Positions 22,025 through 32,180 of a stretch of 43,492 nt of DNA are shown piece after piece. The first letter of the stretch is position 1, and every line of letters begins with the position of its first letter. The notes under the pieces were generated by a model that was not told the DNA's origin, made no database searches, and saw nothing but the letters and a program-made list of their open reading frames with translations. The DNA lies in assembly GCA_007132585.1 (NCBI GenBank), contig SLOJ01000086.1, positions 1 to 43,492 on the forward strand, read 5' to 3'. Position numbers and translations under genes: made by a program. Origin of the DNA: Bacteroidales bacterium (GTDB lineage Bacteria; Bacteroidota; Bacteroidia; Bacteroidales; UBA7960).

Positions 22025-24319
22025 ATGACAGATTTTCTTAAGGATTTGAATGAACCTCAGCGCATGGCGGTAGAAAACAGCAATGGCCCCGTAATGGTCA
22101 TAGCAGGCGCAGGATCAGGAAAAACCCGGGTACTTACATACAGAATTGCATATTTGCTGAGCAAAGGCATAGATCCTTTCAATATACTTTCACTTACATT
22201 TACCAATAAAGCTGCCCGGGAAATGAAGGAGCGCATAGCCCTGCTTGTGGGAGCAAGTAAAGCAAAATCATTATGGATGGGTACGTTTCATTCAATATTT
22301 GCCAAAATATTGCGTATAGAATCAGAAAAACTGGGATTCCCATCTAACTTTACTATTTATGATACTGAAGATTCCAAAAGACTTCTTAGAAACATTGTGA
22401 AAGAGCAACAACTTGATAATAAAGTTTACAATGCAGGTTATGTTCTAAACAGGATATCCAATGCAAAAAATAACCTTATCTCTGCAATGGATTATAATGA
22501 AGACGCTGAAATACAAACTTACGACATTCAAAATCGTAAGCCCAAGATCGGACTTATATACAGTCTTTATCAGCAAAGATTACGTAAAGCTGCGGCCATG
22601 GATTTTGACGATTTGCTTTTCAATACCAATATATTGCTTCGCGATTTTCCCGAAGTGCTCTATAAATATCAAATGAAATTTAACTATATATTGGTTGATG
22701 AATACCAGGATACCAACTTCTCACAATATCTTATTGTAAAGAAACTTGCAGCAAACAATGAAAATATTTGTGTAGTAGGCGACGATGCGCAGAGTATTTA
22801 TGCCTTCCGCGGAGCAAATATTCAAAATATATTGAACTTCAAAAAAGACTATCCTGACAATAAAGTATTCAAACTAGAGCAAAATTATCGTTCAACCCAA
22901 AATATTGTTAACGCTGCAAATAGTGTGATTGCTTATAACAAAGATCAGATTAGAAAAGTAGTGTGGACCGATAATGATACCGGAGAAAAAATACGTATCA
23001 TGAAAGCTGCGAGCGAAAGTGAAGAAGGGGTGCTGGTTTCAAACCAGATTTTTGAAATAAAAATGAATAAACAGCTCGCCAACAGCAACTTTGCTATCCT
23101 TTACCGCACCAATGCCCAGAGCAGAGCGTTAGAAGAAGCCCTGCGAAAAATGAATATTCCATATCGCATTTATGGAGGTACGTCATTTTATCAACGAAAA
23201 GAAATAAAAGATTTACTTGCCTATTTCAGGCTGGTGATAAACCCAAATGATGAGGATGCTTTTTTACGTATTGTAAATTTCCCTGCCAGGGGTATCGGAA
23301 AAACAAGCATCGAGAAACTTGTTGTAAAAGCCAATGACGAACAACAATCTCTTATGCATATAGCAGCGGACCCAGACAATTTTAATCTGCCTGTCAATTC
23401 TGGTGTAAAAAACAAGTTGCAGGAATTTGTAACCATGATAAAAAGCTTTTCTGCACTCATGAAACAATACAATGCTTTTGAAATGGGCAAAAAGATTGCA
23501 TCTGCTGCAGGTATTTTTAAACATTATCACCAGGATGAAAGTCCGGAAGGAATGAACCGCAAGGAGAACATAGAAGAGTTATTGAATGCTTTAAAAGATT
23601 TTTCAGAAATGCCATCTGATGTTGAGGGAGAAGAAGAAATTAAAACACTTGATGTGTTCATGCAGGATATTGCACTAATGACTGACGCCGACACAGAAAA
23701 GGAAGATCCTTCTGATACAGATAAAGTAACATTAATGACCATTCATGCTGCCAAAGGATTGGAATTTCCTTACATATTTCTTGCTGGTGTTGAAGAAAAC
23801 CTATTCCCATCGCAATTATCTCTTAATTCGCGTGCTGAACTTGAAGAAGAAAGAAGATTGTTTTATGTGGCGGTAACAAGGGCAATGAAGCAATTGACAA
23901 TATCATACGCTGAAACACGTTTTCGCTTTGGTCAGTTTACCATATGCGAACCCAGCAGATTCATTGATGAACTTAATCCCGAATATGTTATAAATTATGC
24001 AGCACCACCAGGTTTCAGGAAGCAATCATGGATGGGCGAAAGTTTTTCTGAAAGCAGGAAAAAATTTAGCGAGAAAGAAAATAAAACAGGTGTCAATCAA
24101 TCATCTGTAAGCGAACAAAAAGAAAATGATAGTTTATTTCAAAGCATATCCGCTGATGAACTAAAACCAGGACTGAATGTTCAGCACCAGAGATTTGGCA
24201 TGGGCAAAGTTGAAGCCATTGAGGGACAAGGAGAAAATGCCAAAGCAACTGTTGTTTTTAATAATTTCGGGAAAAAGCAGCTTCTCCTGAAGTTTGCCAA
24301 ACTCAAAATTTTAAATTGA
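22025..24319 (+). CDS. uvrD: ATP-dependent DNA helicase, UvrD/PcrA (SF1) family
   Basis: 764-aa ORF with Walker A AGAGSGKT, motif II VDEYQDTN, YRSTQNI and TIHAAKGLEFP. Confidence 0.93.
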   Translation: MTDFLKDLNEPQRMAVENSNGPVMVIAGAGSGKTRVLTYRIAYLLSKGIDPFNILSLTFTNKAAREMKERIALLVGASKAKSLWMGTFHSIFAKILRIESEKLGFPSNFTIYDTEDSKRLLRNIVKEQQLDNKVYNAGYVLNRISNAKNNLISAMDYNEDAEIQTYDIQNRKPKIGLIYSLYQQRLRKAAAMDFDDLLFNTNILLRDFPEVLYKYQMKFNYILVDEYQDTNFSQYLIVKKLAANNENICVVGDDAQSIYAFRGANIQNILNFKKDYPDNKVFKLEQNYRSTQNIVNAANSVIAYNKDQIRKVVWTDNDTGEKIRIMKAASESEEGVLVSNQIFEIKMNKQLANSNFAILYRTNAQSRALEEALRKMNIPYRIYGGTSFYQRKEIKDLLAYFRLVINPNDEDAFLRIVNFPARGIGKTSIEKLVVKANDEQQSLMHIAADPDNFNLPVNSGVKNKLQEFVTMIKSFSALMKQYNAFEMGKKIASAAGIFKHYHQDESPEGMNRKENIEELLNALKDFSEMPSDVEGEEEIKTLDVFMQDIALMTDADTEKEDPSDTDKVTLMTIHAAKGLEFPYIFLAGVEENLFPSQLSLNSRAELEEERRLFYVAVTRAMKQLTISYAETRFRFGQFTICEPSRFIDELNPEYVINYAAPPGFRKQSWMGESFSESRKKFSEKENKTGVNQSSVSEQKENDSLFQSISADELKPGLNVQHQRFGMGKVEAIEGQGENAKATVVFNNFGKKQLLLKFAKLKILN

Positions 24320-24644
24320 TTGTTTAGCCTTAACGATTTATTTGATATATTTGTGCAGTATTACCGCTTATAAAAATTGAGTTAGTATGTTTGTCATCCG
24401 GTGAAATAATAAATATTTTTCTGCCGCATATTTTACAACTACAAATCATCCAAAAAAAAACGGAATATTCTAACTTAACATCAACCTCGTTAATAGTTCC
24501 AGTGATTGAAAACTCATAGCCCCGCAAATAAGATACAGCGGACGTTCCCATTTGTAGCCTTTTGCTATTACCGGGAAACTGGCAAAATACACCTGACAGA
24601 TTATAACAGAATGATATTTAATAATTATTTGTAGATTTTTTTTT

Positions 24645-25292
24645 ATGGAATACAACTCGCAACGTTCAAAGATGAACATATCTGAATATGGAAGAAATAT
24701 TCAGAAAATGATTGAACATATTATATCGGTAGAAGATAAGGAGAAACGTAACCAGCTTGCAAAAGCAACAATTCAGGTTATGGGGCAATTAAACCCCCAC
24801 TTCAGAGATGTAAACGATTTTAAGCATAAGCTTTGGGATCATCTTTTTATAATGTCAAACTTTAAACTTGATGTTGACTCACCCTACCCCATTCCCTCAC
24901 CCGAGACACTAAAAAAGAAACCCGAAAGACTTAGCTATGCATCCAATAATATTACCTTCCGCCATTATGGCCGGCATATAGAAAGAATGATTGAAAAAGC
25001 CAGGGAGTTTCCTGAAGGTGAAGAAAAGGAAGCGCTCGTTAAAATGATTGCCAATCATCTGAAGAAGTCATATCTAATTTGGAACAGGGACGCTGTAAAC
25101 GACGACGAAATAGCCAGCCATCTGAATATATTATCAAACGGTAAACTAAATCTGGATAACATAAAACTGAGCAATACACAGGATATCCTTTCTGCCGGAT
25201 CAGGCCTGGGTAATATTTCCAGAAAAAAAGGTTATCAGTCGAAGAAAAACAACCAGGGAAAATCATCTCATCAAAAAAAACATAAAAAATAA
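24645..25292 (+). CDS. Conserved hypothetical protein, DUF4290-like
   Basis: 215-aa ORF with a lysine-rich tail. From memory this family sits directly upstream of murA in many Bacteroidota, as it does here. The family name is unverified. Confidence 0.8.
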   Translation: MEYNSQRSKMNISEYGRNIQKMIEHIISVEDKEKRNQLAKATIQVMGQLNPHFRDVNDFKHKLWDHLFIMSNFKLDVDSPYPIPSPETLKKKPERLSYASNNITFRHYGRHIERMIEKAREFPEGEEKEALVKMIANHLKKSYLIWNRDAVNDDEIASHLNILSNGKLNLDNIKLSNTQDILSAGSGLGNISRKKGYQSKKNNQGKSSHQKKHKK

Positions 25293-25336
25293 TTTTGATC
25301 AAATCTGTTTTTTTTCAGATATCAAACAATTTCAAT

Positions 25337-25380
25337 AAAACCCCATGGCTTACATTTAAAAACACCATGAGGGTTTTCTG
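25337..25380 (+). terminator. Hairpin terminator between the DUF4290-like gene and murA
   Basis: AAAA-CCCCATGG (25341-25348) ... CCATGAGGG (25365-25373)-TTTT. It has 8 bp with one bulged A. The flanking A and T runs make it potentially bidirectional. Confidence 0.5.
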
Positions 25381-25410
25381 ATTATTATACACAAAATTAA
25401 CATTTAAAAA

Positions 25411-26715
25411 ATGGGCTCATTTGCAATCAGAGGGGGTAAAAAACTTAAAGGTGAAATAATTCCCCAGGGCGCTAAAAACGAAGCATTGCAGATCATATGC
25501 GCTACTTTGCTTACCAATCAGGAAGTTACTGTTAAAAACATCCCGGATATTATTGATGTGAATAATCTGATTGATTTACTTGCCGATTTGGGAGTAAAAG
25601 TTTCCAGACCCGAAAAAGGAACAGTTATTTTTAAAGCAGATTCGGTAAATCCGGAATACCTTGAATCGGGAGGTTTTGTAAAAAAAGCATCGAGGTTAAG
25701 GGGGTCAGTAATGATTGTTGGCCCATTACTTGCCCGATATAAAAAGGCATCTATTCCAAAACCCGGAGGTGATAAAATTGGCAGGAGAAGACTCGACACC
25801 CATTTTATGGGGCTTGAAAAGCTGGGCGGCATGTTCCGGTACAATACTGAAAGCAGCTTTTACACAATTGAGGCGCAAGAGTTGAAAGGTACATTTATGT
25901 TGCTCGATGAAGCATCAGTAACAGGTACGGCAAATATTGTTATGGCTGCTGTACTAGCAAGTGGAACTACAACCATCTATAATGCAGCATGTGAACCTTA
26001 CCTCCAGCAATTGTGCAGAATGCTTAACCGGATGGGTGCCCGAATCAGTGGGGTAGGTTCAAATCTGCTTACCATTGAAGGAGTTGAGAAACTTTCGGGT
26101 TGCGAGCATTCCCTGCTACCCGATATGATTGAGATTGGAAGCTTTATGGCACTGGCTGCCATGACCCAAAGTGAAATTACAATTAAAAATGTTCATTATA
26201 ATGAACTTGGCAACATCCCTGACGTTTTTAAAAAACTGGGAATCAAATTTCATCTTAAAGGTGATGATATTTTTATTCCATCACAGGAACAATATACCGT
26301 AGAAACCTTTATTGATGGCAGCATTTTATCTATCAGTGATGCTCCCTGGCCGGGTTTCAGCCCCGACCTTCTCAGTGTAGCACTTGTTGCAGCCATACAA
26401 GCCAAAGGCAGCGTGCTCATTCATCAGAAAATGTTTGAAAGCAGGCTATTCTTTGTTGACAAACTTATCGATATGGGTGCACAAATAATTCTTTGTGATC
26501 CCCACAGGGCAACAGTTATTGGGCTAAACCGGCAATATCAGCTTAAGGCACTGGAAATGACATCGCCAGATATCAGGGCTGGTGTTGCGTTACTCATTGC
26601 TGCTCTAAGTGCCGATGGTAAAAGCATAATACACAATATTGAACAGATTGATCGGGGATATCAGAACATTGACGACAGGCTTATAAAACTTGGCGCCGAT
26701 ATTGAAAGATTATAA
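25411..26715 (+). CDS. murA: UDP-N-acetylglucosamine 1-carboxyvinyltransferase (Asp at the Cys115-equivalent position)
   Basis: 434-aa ORF. GAKNEALQIICATLL, KPGGDKIGRRRLDTHF and RGYQNIDDRLIKLGADIE are colinear with E. coli MurA. Confidence 0.96.
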   Translation: MGSFAIRGGKKLKGEIIPQGAKNEALQIICATLLTNQEVTVKNIPDIIDVNNLIDLLADLGVKVSRPEKGTVIFKADSVNPEYLESGGFVKKASRLRGSVMIVGPLLARYKKASIPKPGGDKIGRRRLDTHFMGLEKLGGMFRYNTESSFYTIEAQELKGTFMLLDEASVTGTANIVMAAVLASGTTTIYNAACEPYLQQLCRMLNRMGARISGVGSNLLTIEGVEKLSGCEHSLLPDMIEIGSFMALAAMTQSEITIKNVHYNELGNIPDVFKKLGIKFHLKGDDIFIPSQEQYTVETFIDGSILSISDAPWPGFSPDLLSVALVAAIQAKGSVLIHQKMFESRLFFVDKLIDMGAQIILCDPHRATVIGLNRQYQLKALEMTSPDIRAGVALLIAALSADGKSIIHNIEQIDRGYQNIDDRLIKLGADIERL

Positions 26716-26815
26716 ATAATTACTGACAATTTGGCCATAATTTATTGCTGGCAAAAACTTTGATTATTTGAGTCAGCTTAATGATATTAATAACTCTAAA
26801 TTTCTGAAGATAGCT

Positions 26816-27466
26816 ATGATTAAGCAAAATAAAGAAAAGCAGGAATCTAATAAAGAAAAAGAAGCGAAAAAAACTGCCGAAAAGTCACAGAAAACCAATA
26901 CTACTGACAATTCTTCAAGTGAAACTGAAGGTCAGGAAAATAAAGTCGGTAAGGAAACCGAAGAACCCATGGATAATAGTGAAACGGTCGCTGAAGAAAA
27001 GGCAGATGAAAAAGATATCATCATTAAAGAATTACAGAAAAAAAATGATGATCTGAACGACAGGTATTTAAGACTTTTTTCGGAGTTTGACAACTTCAGA
27101 AAAAGAACCTTGAAAGAGAAACAGGAATTGGTAAAAACAGCATCAGCTGATATTATTGAAGCTGTATTACCTATAGTTGATGATCTTGACAGAGCGTATA
27201 AATCTGCTGTTGAAAACCCGGAGATGGATACACTTACCGAAGGATTAAATCTGATCAGAACAAAACTTAATACGACGCTTAAACATAAAGGTCTTGAACA
27301 GATACCCAGCATTGGAGAAGAGTTTAATACCGATTATCATGAGGCCATAACACATGTTCCGGCAGAGGATAAAAAAGATAAAGGTAAAGTTATTGATGAA
27401 GTACAAAAAGGTTATATTCTTAACGGAAAAGTACTCAGATTTGCCAAAGTAGTAGTGGCAAACTAA
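26816..27466 (+). CDS. grpE: Nucleotide exchange factor GrpE
   Basis: ATG 26816 (MIKQNKEK...) is preferred over the track's TTG at 26768. Acidic/Lys-rich N-terminus, then [13 protein letters not shown] and a C-terminal beta-domain. Confidence 0.92.
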   Translation: MIKQNKEKQESNKEKEAKKTAEKSQKTNTTDNSSSETEGQENKVGKETEEPMDNSETVAEEKADEKDIIIKELQKKNDDLNDRYLRLFSEFDNFRKRTLKEKQELVKTASADIIEAVLPIVDDLDRAYKSAVENPEMDTLTEGLNLIRTKLNTTLKHKGLEQIPSIGEEFNTDYHEAITHVPAEDKKDKGKVIDEVQKGYILNGKVLRFAKVVVAN

Positions 27467-27479
27467 ATATTTTTTAATT

Positions 27480-28637
27480 ATGGCAAAAAGAGATTATTAC
27501 GACATATTAGGAATTTCAAAAAACGCTACAAAAGAAGAAATCAAGAAGGCTTACAGGCAAAAGGCATTGAAATTCCACCCCGACAAAAACCCTGGCGATA
27601 AGGATGCTGAAGAAAAATTTAAGGAATCGGCCGAAGCATATGAAGTACTGAGCAACCCCGATAAAAAAGCCAGGTATGACAGGTACGGTCATGCGGGCTT
27701 AGGAAATGGCGGGCAAGGATATGGTGGCTTTGGCGGTGGAATGTCAATGGAAGACATCTTCAGCCAGTTCGGAGATATTTTTGGCAGTGCATTTGGTGGC
27801 GGTTTTGGCGGTGGTTTCGGAGAAAGTACGCGAACCCGCAGAGTTAATAAGGGATCAAACCTTCGTATTAAAGTTAAACTTACCCTTGAAGAAATTCTTA
27901 AGGGTGTTGAAAAGAAAATCAAGGTTTCAAAATATGTAAACTGTCGAACCTGCAACGGAACAGGCGCACGCGATGGAAGTTCTTTCCATACATGTTCAAC
28001 TTGTAACGGATCGGGAAGGGTAACCCGTGTTACCAATACTTTCCTTGGGCAAATGCAAACTACAAGTTCATGCCCGTCATGTGGAGGAGAAGGCCAAACT
28101 ATTACAGAGAAATGTAACTCATGCTACGGTAATGGTATTATAAAAGGTGAAGAAGTAATTTCTATCAATATTCCGGCCGGTGTTGCAGAAGGGATGCAAA
28201 TGGCAATGAGCGGTAAAGGAAACGCAGCTGCAAGAGGCGGTATACCAGGTGATCTCATTGTGCTTATTGAAGAAGTTAAGCATGAAAATCTTATAAGAGA
28301 CGGGAATAACCTGCTATATGATCATTATATCAGTTTCCCGGAAGCAACGCTGGGCACCAATATTGAAGTTCCCACCCTTGAAGGTAAAGCAAGAATAAAG
28401 ATTGATCCGGGAACCCAGTCCAGTAAAGTTTTGCGGCTTAAGGGGAAGGGCCTTCCTTCTGTTAACTCATATGGCAGGGGCGATCTTCTTGTAAATATTA
28501 ATGTTTGGACACCACAAAGTCTTACAAAGGAAGAAAAGCAAATACTTGAAAAGTTTATCGGGTCAGATAGTTTTAAACCCAAACCTCAAAAAAGCGATAA
28601 AAGCTTCTTTGAAAGGATGAAAGATTATTTTAACTAA
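27480..28637 (+). CDS. dnaJ: Molecular chaperone DnaJ
   Basis: 385-aa ORF with J domain HPD (KFHPDKNP), a G/F-rich region and four CxxCxGxG repeats ([32 protein letters not shown]). Confidence 0.97.
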   Translation: MAKRDYYDILGISKNATKEEIKKAYRQKALKFHPDKNPGDKDAEEKFKESAEAYEVLSNPDKKARYDRYGHAGLGNGGQGYGGFGGGMSMEDIFSQFGDIFGSAFGGGFGGGFGESTRTRRVNKGSNLRIKVKLTLEEILKGVEKKIKVSKYVNCRTCNGTGARDGSSFHTCSTCNGSGRVTRVTNTFLGQMQTTSSCPSCGGEGQTITEKCNSCYGNGIIKGEEVISINIPAGVAEGMQMAMSGKGNAAARGGIPGDLIVLIEEVKHENLIRDGNNLLYDHYISFPEATLGTNIEVPTLEGKARIKIDPGTQSSKVLRLKGKGLPSVNSYGRGDLLVNINVWTPQSLTKEEKQILEKFIGSDSFKPKPQKSDKSFFERMKDYFN

Positions 28638-28694
28638 AAATTCACCATCTTACGATTTTCAGGAAATGATTTATTTCGTCTGGTTAAAGTAAAT

Positions 28695-28722
28695 ATTCTT
28701 GCTTGCAAAATGAAGTAAGAAT
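28695..28722 (+). terminator. Possible terminator hairpin after dnaJ
   Basis: ATTCTTGCTT / AAGTAAGAAT form a 10-bp stem with one mismatch and an 8-nt loop. The tail is weak (GTTTACGTT). Confidence 0.3.
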
Positions 28723-28772
28723 GTTTACGTTGATTAAACGAATGCGTATATTTATACCACAGCATCCTATTT

Positions 28773-29783
28773 ATGAAATATATTTTTCAGGCAACAAATA
28801 TTTACAAGAAATATGAGAATCATCAGGCCCTTACCGATGTAAGTATTTCTGTGCCCCGACAAGGAATTTTCGGACTTCTTGGACCCAACGGAGCAGGCAA
28901 AACCACGCTGATAAGGATCATTAACCAAATCATTGCACCCGACAATGGCAAGCTCTTTTTTCTTGATGAAAAACTGCAGCCTTTTCATATCGAACGCATC
29001 GGTTATTTGCCTGAAGAACGGGGTTTATACAAAAAAATGAAAGTTGGAGAACAGGCACTCTACCTGGCGCGGCTTAAAAATGTCAACTCAAGTGATGCTC
29101 GTAAAAGTTTGAAAGAATGGTTTGAAAAATTTGACCTTATGCCATGGTGGGACAGGAAAGTTGAAGAACTTTCGAAGGGCATGCAACAAAAGTTACAATT
29201 CATTATTACTATTCTGCATAAGCCTGATCTGTTGATATTTGATGAACCTTTCAGTGGGTTCGACCCCATAAATGTAAATCTGCTCAAATCGGAAATACTT
29301 AAATTAAAAGAGCAAGGCACAAGTATTATTTTCTCTACCCATAATATGAGTTCGGTGGAAGAACTTTGCGATCATATTGCTCTTATCAATAAATCAGAAA
29401 AAATTCTTGACGGAAGACTGGATGAAATCAAATCAGCTCATTCAAATCAGATTTTCACGCTCGAGATAGGAGAACTTAAAGAACCTCTCGAAAAGCTTTT
29501 AACCCCCTTTGCTACTTTGCTGAGAACAGAAAATGGAGCTAATGATGTTGTTAAGGCACGTGTAAAAATTGATAAAGGATACAACGCCAATGATCTTATC
29601 AAACATATATTACCTAATGCTCATTTTCATGGGTTCAGGGAAGAATTGCCCAGTATGAATGATATATTTATAAAAACTGTTACCGGTAAATACCCCATGG
29701 AGCTTAAGGAGGAAGACCTTAAGAAGCATCTTGAAGATATTGATTCACCCAACCAGGTAATTAATCAAAACAGCCCATCTTAA
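28773..29783 (+). CDS. ABC transporter ATP-binding protein (NatA/YhaQ-like, ABC-2 exporter type)
   Basis: 336-aa ORF with Walker A GPNGAGKTT, IGYLPEERGLY, signature LSKGMQQKL, Walker B LLIFDEP and H-loop FSTHN. Confidence 0.9.
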   Translation: MKYIFQATNIYKKYENHQALTDVSISVPRQGIFGLLGPNGAGKTTLIRIINQIIAPDNGKLFFLDEKLQPFHIERIGYLPEERGLYKKMKVGEQALYLARLKNVNSSDARKSLKEWFEKFDLMPWWDRKVEELSKGMQQKLQFIITILHKPDLLIFDEPFSGFDPINVNLLKSEILKLKEQGTSIIFSTHNMSSVEELCDHIALINKSEKILDGRLDEIKSAHSNQIFTLEIGELKEPLEKLLTPFATLLRTENGANDVVKARVKIDKGYNANDLIKHILPNAHFHGFREELPSMNDIFIKTVTGKYPMELKEEDLKKHLEDIDSPNQVINQNSPS

Positions 29784-29784
29784 A

Positions 29785-31125
29785 ATGAATAAAACTTTCA
29801 CCATCATAAAAAGGGAATACCTGAGCAGAGTAAAAAAGAAATCATTTATTGTAATGACAATTCTTGGCCCGCTGCTGATGGCTGCCCTGGTAATTGTGCC
29901 GGTTTACATTGCACAATTGTCAGATAGTGTTTATGAAGTTGCAATTGTTGATGATACCCGATTGTTTTACAATGAATTTTCCGATGCCAACAATGTAAAA
30001 TTTACCGATCTGAATATTGATGTTGATTCAGCCATTGAATTGATGAAAGCAGGTAAATTTGATGCGGTACTTCATATTCCCACAACAGCTTTCCAGGCTC
30101 CTTCAACATTAAGGATATTCACTGAAAAAGCTATAAATATGAACGCCAAGCTTTACATGGAAAGTGTATTGCGAAACGAATTTGAGCTTATGAAGCTTGC
30201 GCATGCAGGCATTGACCCCGAAACATTAAAGGCTACTGAAACAAAAATAAGCATTACGGCTATACGTATGCTTAAAGATGGTCATGAACAAACTGATTAT
30301 CCGGAGGTAAGCATGGGGCTGGGTATTTTTAGCGGAATCCTGATCTATTTTTTTGTATTTCTTTTCGGGGCCCAGGTTATGCGTGGTGTAATGGAAGAGA
30401 AATCAAATCGTATAGTAGAAATTATTGTATCATCAGTAAAGCCCTTTCAGCTGATGATGGGAAAAATATTAGGTATAGCCATGGTGGGCCTTACACAATT
30501 CCTTATCTGGATATTTCTAACCTTCGCAATAATTAGCATGGTTTCAGTAGCCATGCCAGATGTTTTCAGGTTTACCCCGCAGGAGAATATTTATATTTCT
30601 GCATCGCAGTCATTAAACCCCGGTGAATTACAACAACAAATGCAACAGATACAACAACATAATACAGCTGCAGGTCAGATAATGGAGGGACTGAGATCAA
30701 TAAATTTCGGAATAATGATATTTAGTTTTATTTTTTACTTCCTGGGGGGGTATCTGTTATATGCTGCGCTTTTTGCAGCAATAGGGTCTGCTGTTGATAA
30801 TGAAGCGGACACGCAACAGTTTATGTTGCCAATTACCATTCCTATGATTTTTGCCATCGTTATGGCACAAATGGTAATGAATAACCCAGCTGGTCCTATA
30901 GCATACTGGTTATCAATTATACCCCTTACCTCTCCTATCATTATGATGGTTAGGATACCCTTTGGAGTACCCGTTACAGATCTGGTTTTATCGGCATCAC
31001 TCTTAATACTTGGTTTTCTGGGAACCACCTGGTTGGCAGGAAAAATATATCGTACCGGCATACTGATGTATGGTAAAAAGGTATCTTACAAAGACCTTTT
31101 TAAATGGATCAAACGTACAGATTGA
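29785..31125 (+). CDS. ABC-2 family permease (NatB/YhaP-like)
   Basis: 446-aa ORF starting 1 nt after the ATPase stop. It has one N-terminal TM helix, a ~150-aa extracytoplasmic loop and a C-terminal TM bundle. Confidence 0.88.
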   Translation: MNKTFTIIKREYLSRVKKKSFIVMTILGPLLMAALVIVPVYIAQLSDSVYEVAIVDDTRLFYNEFSDANNVKFTDLNIDVDSAIELMKAGKFDAVLHIPTTAFQAPSTLRIFTEKAINMNAKLYMESVLRNEFELMKLAHAGIDPETLKATETKISITAIRMLKDGHEQTDYPEVSMGLGIFSGILIYFFVFLFGAQVMRGVMEEKSNRIVEIIVSSVKPFQLMMGKILGIAMVGLTQFLIWIFLTFAIISMVSVAMPDVFRFTPQENIYISASQSLNPGELQQQMQQIQQHNTAAGQIMEGLRSINFGIMIFSFIFYFLGGYLLYAALFAAIGSAVDNEADTQQFMLPITIPMIFAIVMAQMVMNNPAGPIAYWLSIIPLTSPIIMMVRIPFGVPVTDLVLSASLLILGFLGTTWLAGKIYRTGILMYGKKVSYKDLFKWIKRTD

Positions 31126-31174
31126 CTCTGGCTTCCTTTAAAAAAATATCTTAGGCATACAACCTTAGGTTTTT

Positions 31175-31182
31175 TATCTTTG
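31175..31182 (+). promoter_or_regulatory. -7 box TATCTTTG upstream of the Ppx/GppA gene
   Basis: TAnnTTTG match 36 nt upstream of ATG 31218. Confidence 0.35.
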
Positions 31183-31217
31183 TATAAAGAAATATCTCAC
31201 ATTTTAACAACCCCCTG

Positions 31218-32150
31218 ATGATAGCGGCCATTATAGATTGTGGAACAAATACCTTTAATCTTCTGATTGCAGATATAAAGGTAAATGGAGGATATGAAAT
31301 TCTTCTTAACACAAAAAAAAGTGTAAAACTTGGCGAAGGCGGGCTGCCCAACAACAAAATTGATCGGAAACCTTTTGAAAGAGGTATAAAGACTTTCATT
31401 GAATTTATAAAAATTGCCAGAAAATACAAAGCCGAGAGTATTCATGCTTTTGCTACTTCTGCGATAAGAAGTACAATCAATGGACCCGACTTTGTTAAAA
31501 AGGTCCTTGATAAAACAGGAGTTATAATACAGGTTTTAAATGGTGACACAGAAGCACAATATATTTATAAGGGAGTAAAGCTTGCACTGGAAGATGTAGA
31601 TAAACCCCTGCTTATTATGGATATTGGCGGTGGGAGTACAGAGTTTATTATTGCCAATGATAACCAGGTTGAATGGAAGCGAAGCTTTGATTTGGGGGCT
31701 GCACGCCTGCTCGAAAAGTTCAAACCCTCAGACCCTATTAAACCTGAACAGGAAAAACAATTAAAAGAATATTTCAAAGAAGCTTTAAAACCCTTAAGCA
31801 GTCAACTGAAAAAATACCCCGTTGATAAACTTATCGGTTGTGCAGGATCTTTTGAATCACTCGCTGATATGATTGAAGCAGAGAAGCAAGAGCCTCAAAC
31901 CACTGGAAAAATTTATCATTTCGATAATGATGAATGTAAAACAATTCATCAGAAATTGCTCTCCAGTACTGAAAAAGAAAGAATGAGTATGCCCGGGCTG
32001 GTTGACTATAGGGTTGACACGATTGTATTTGCAAGTATATTTATCGGGTACATAAAGAAACGTTTCAAAATAAAAGATATGAGCTATTCGGCCTTTGCTT
32101 TAAAAGAAGGTGTTATGGCCGATTTAATTTCCGGAAAAATTGCATTATAA
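31218..32150 (+). CDS. Ppx/GppA family phosphatase (exopolyphosphatase / pppGpp phosphohydrolase-like)
   Basis: 310-aa ORF with ASKHA motifs AAIIDCGTNTFNLLIAD and MDIGGGSTEF. Only the N-terminal Ppx-GppA domains are present. Confidence 0.88.
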   Translation: MIAAIIDCGTNTFNLLIADIKVNGGYEILLNTKKSVKLGEGGLPNNKIDRKPFERGIKTFIEFIKIARKYKAESIHAFATSAIRSTINGPDFVKKVLDKTGVIIQVLNGDTEAQYIYKGVKLALEDVDKPLLIMDIGGGSTEFIIANDNQVEWKRSFDLGAARLLEKFKPSDPIKPEQEKQLKEYFKEALKPLSSQLKKYPVDKLIGCAGSFESLADMIEAEKQEPQTTGKIYHFDNDECKTIHQKLLSSTEKERMSMPGLVDYRVDTIVFASIFIGYIKKRFKIKDMSYSAFALKEGVMADLISGKIAL

Positions 32151-32180
32151 CATAAAAACAAATCACGCTAAATATATATT

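Noticed and set aside
30610-30670. CAA-rich stretch encoding a Gln-rich segment (ELQQQMQQIQQH) in the ABC-2 permease
   Set aside because: It is a short low-complexity insertion in a loop. It is not a tandem DNA repeat of fixed period, and no functional inference is possible.
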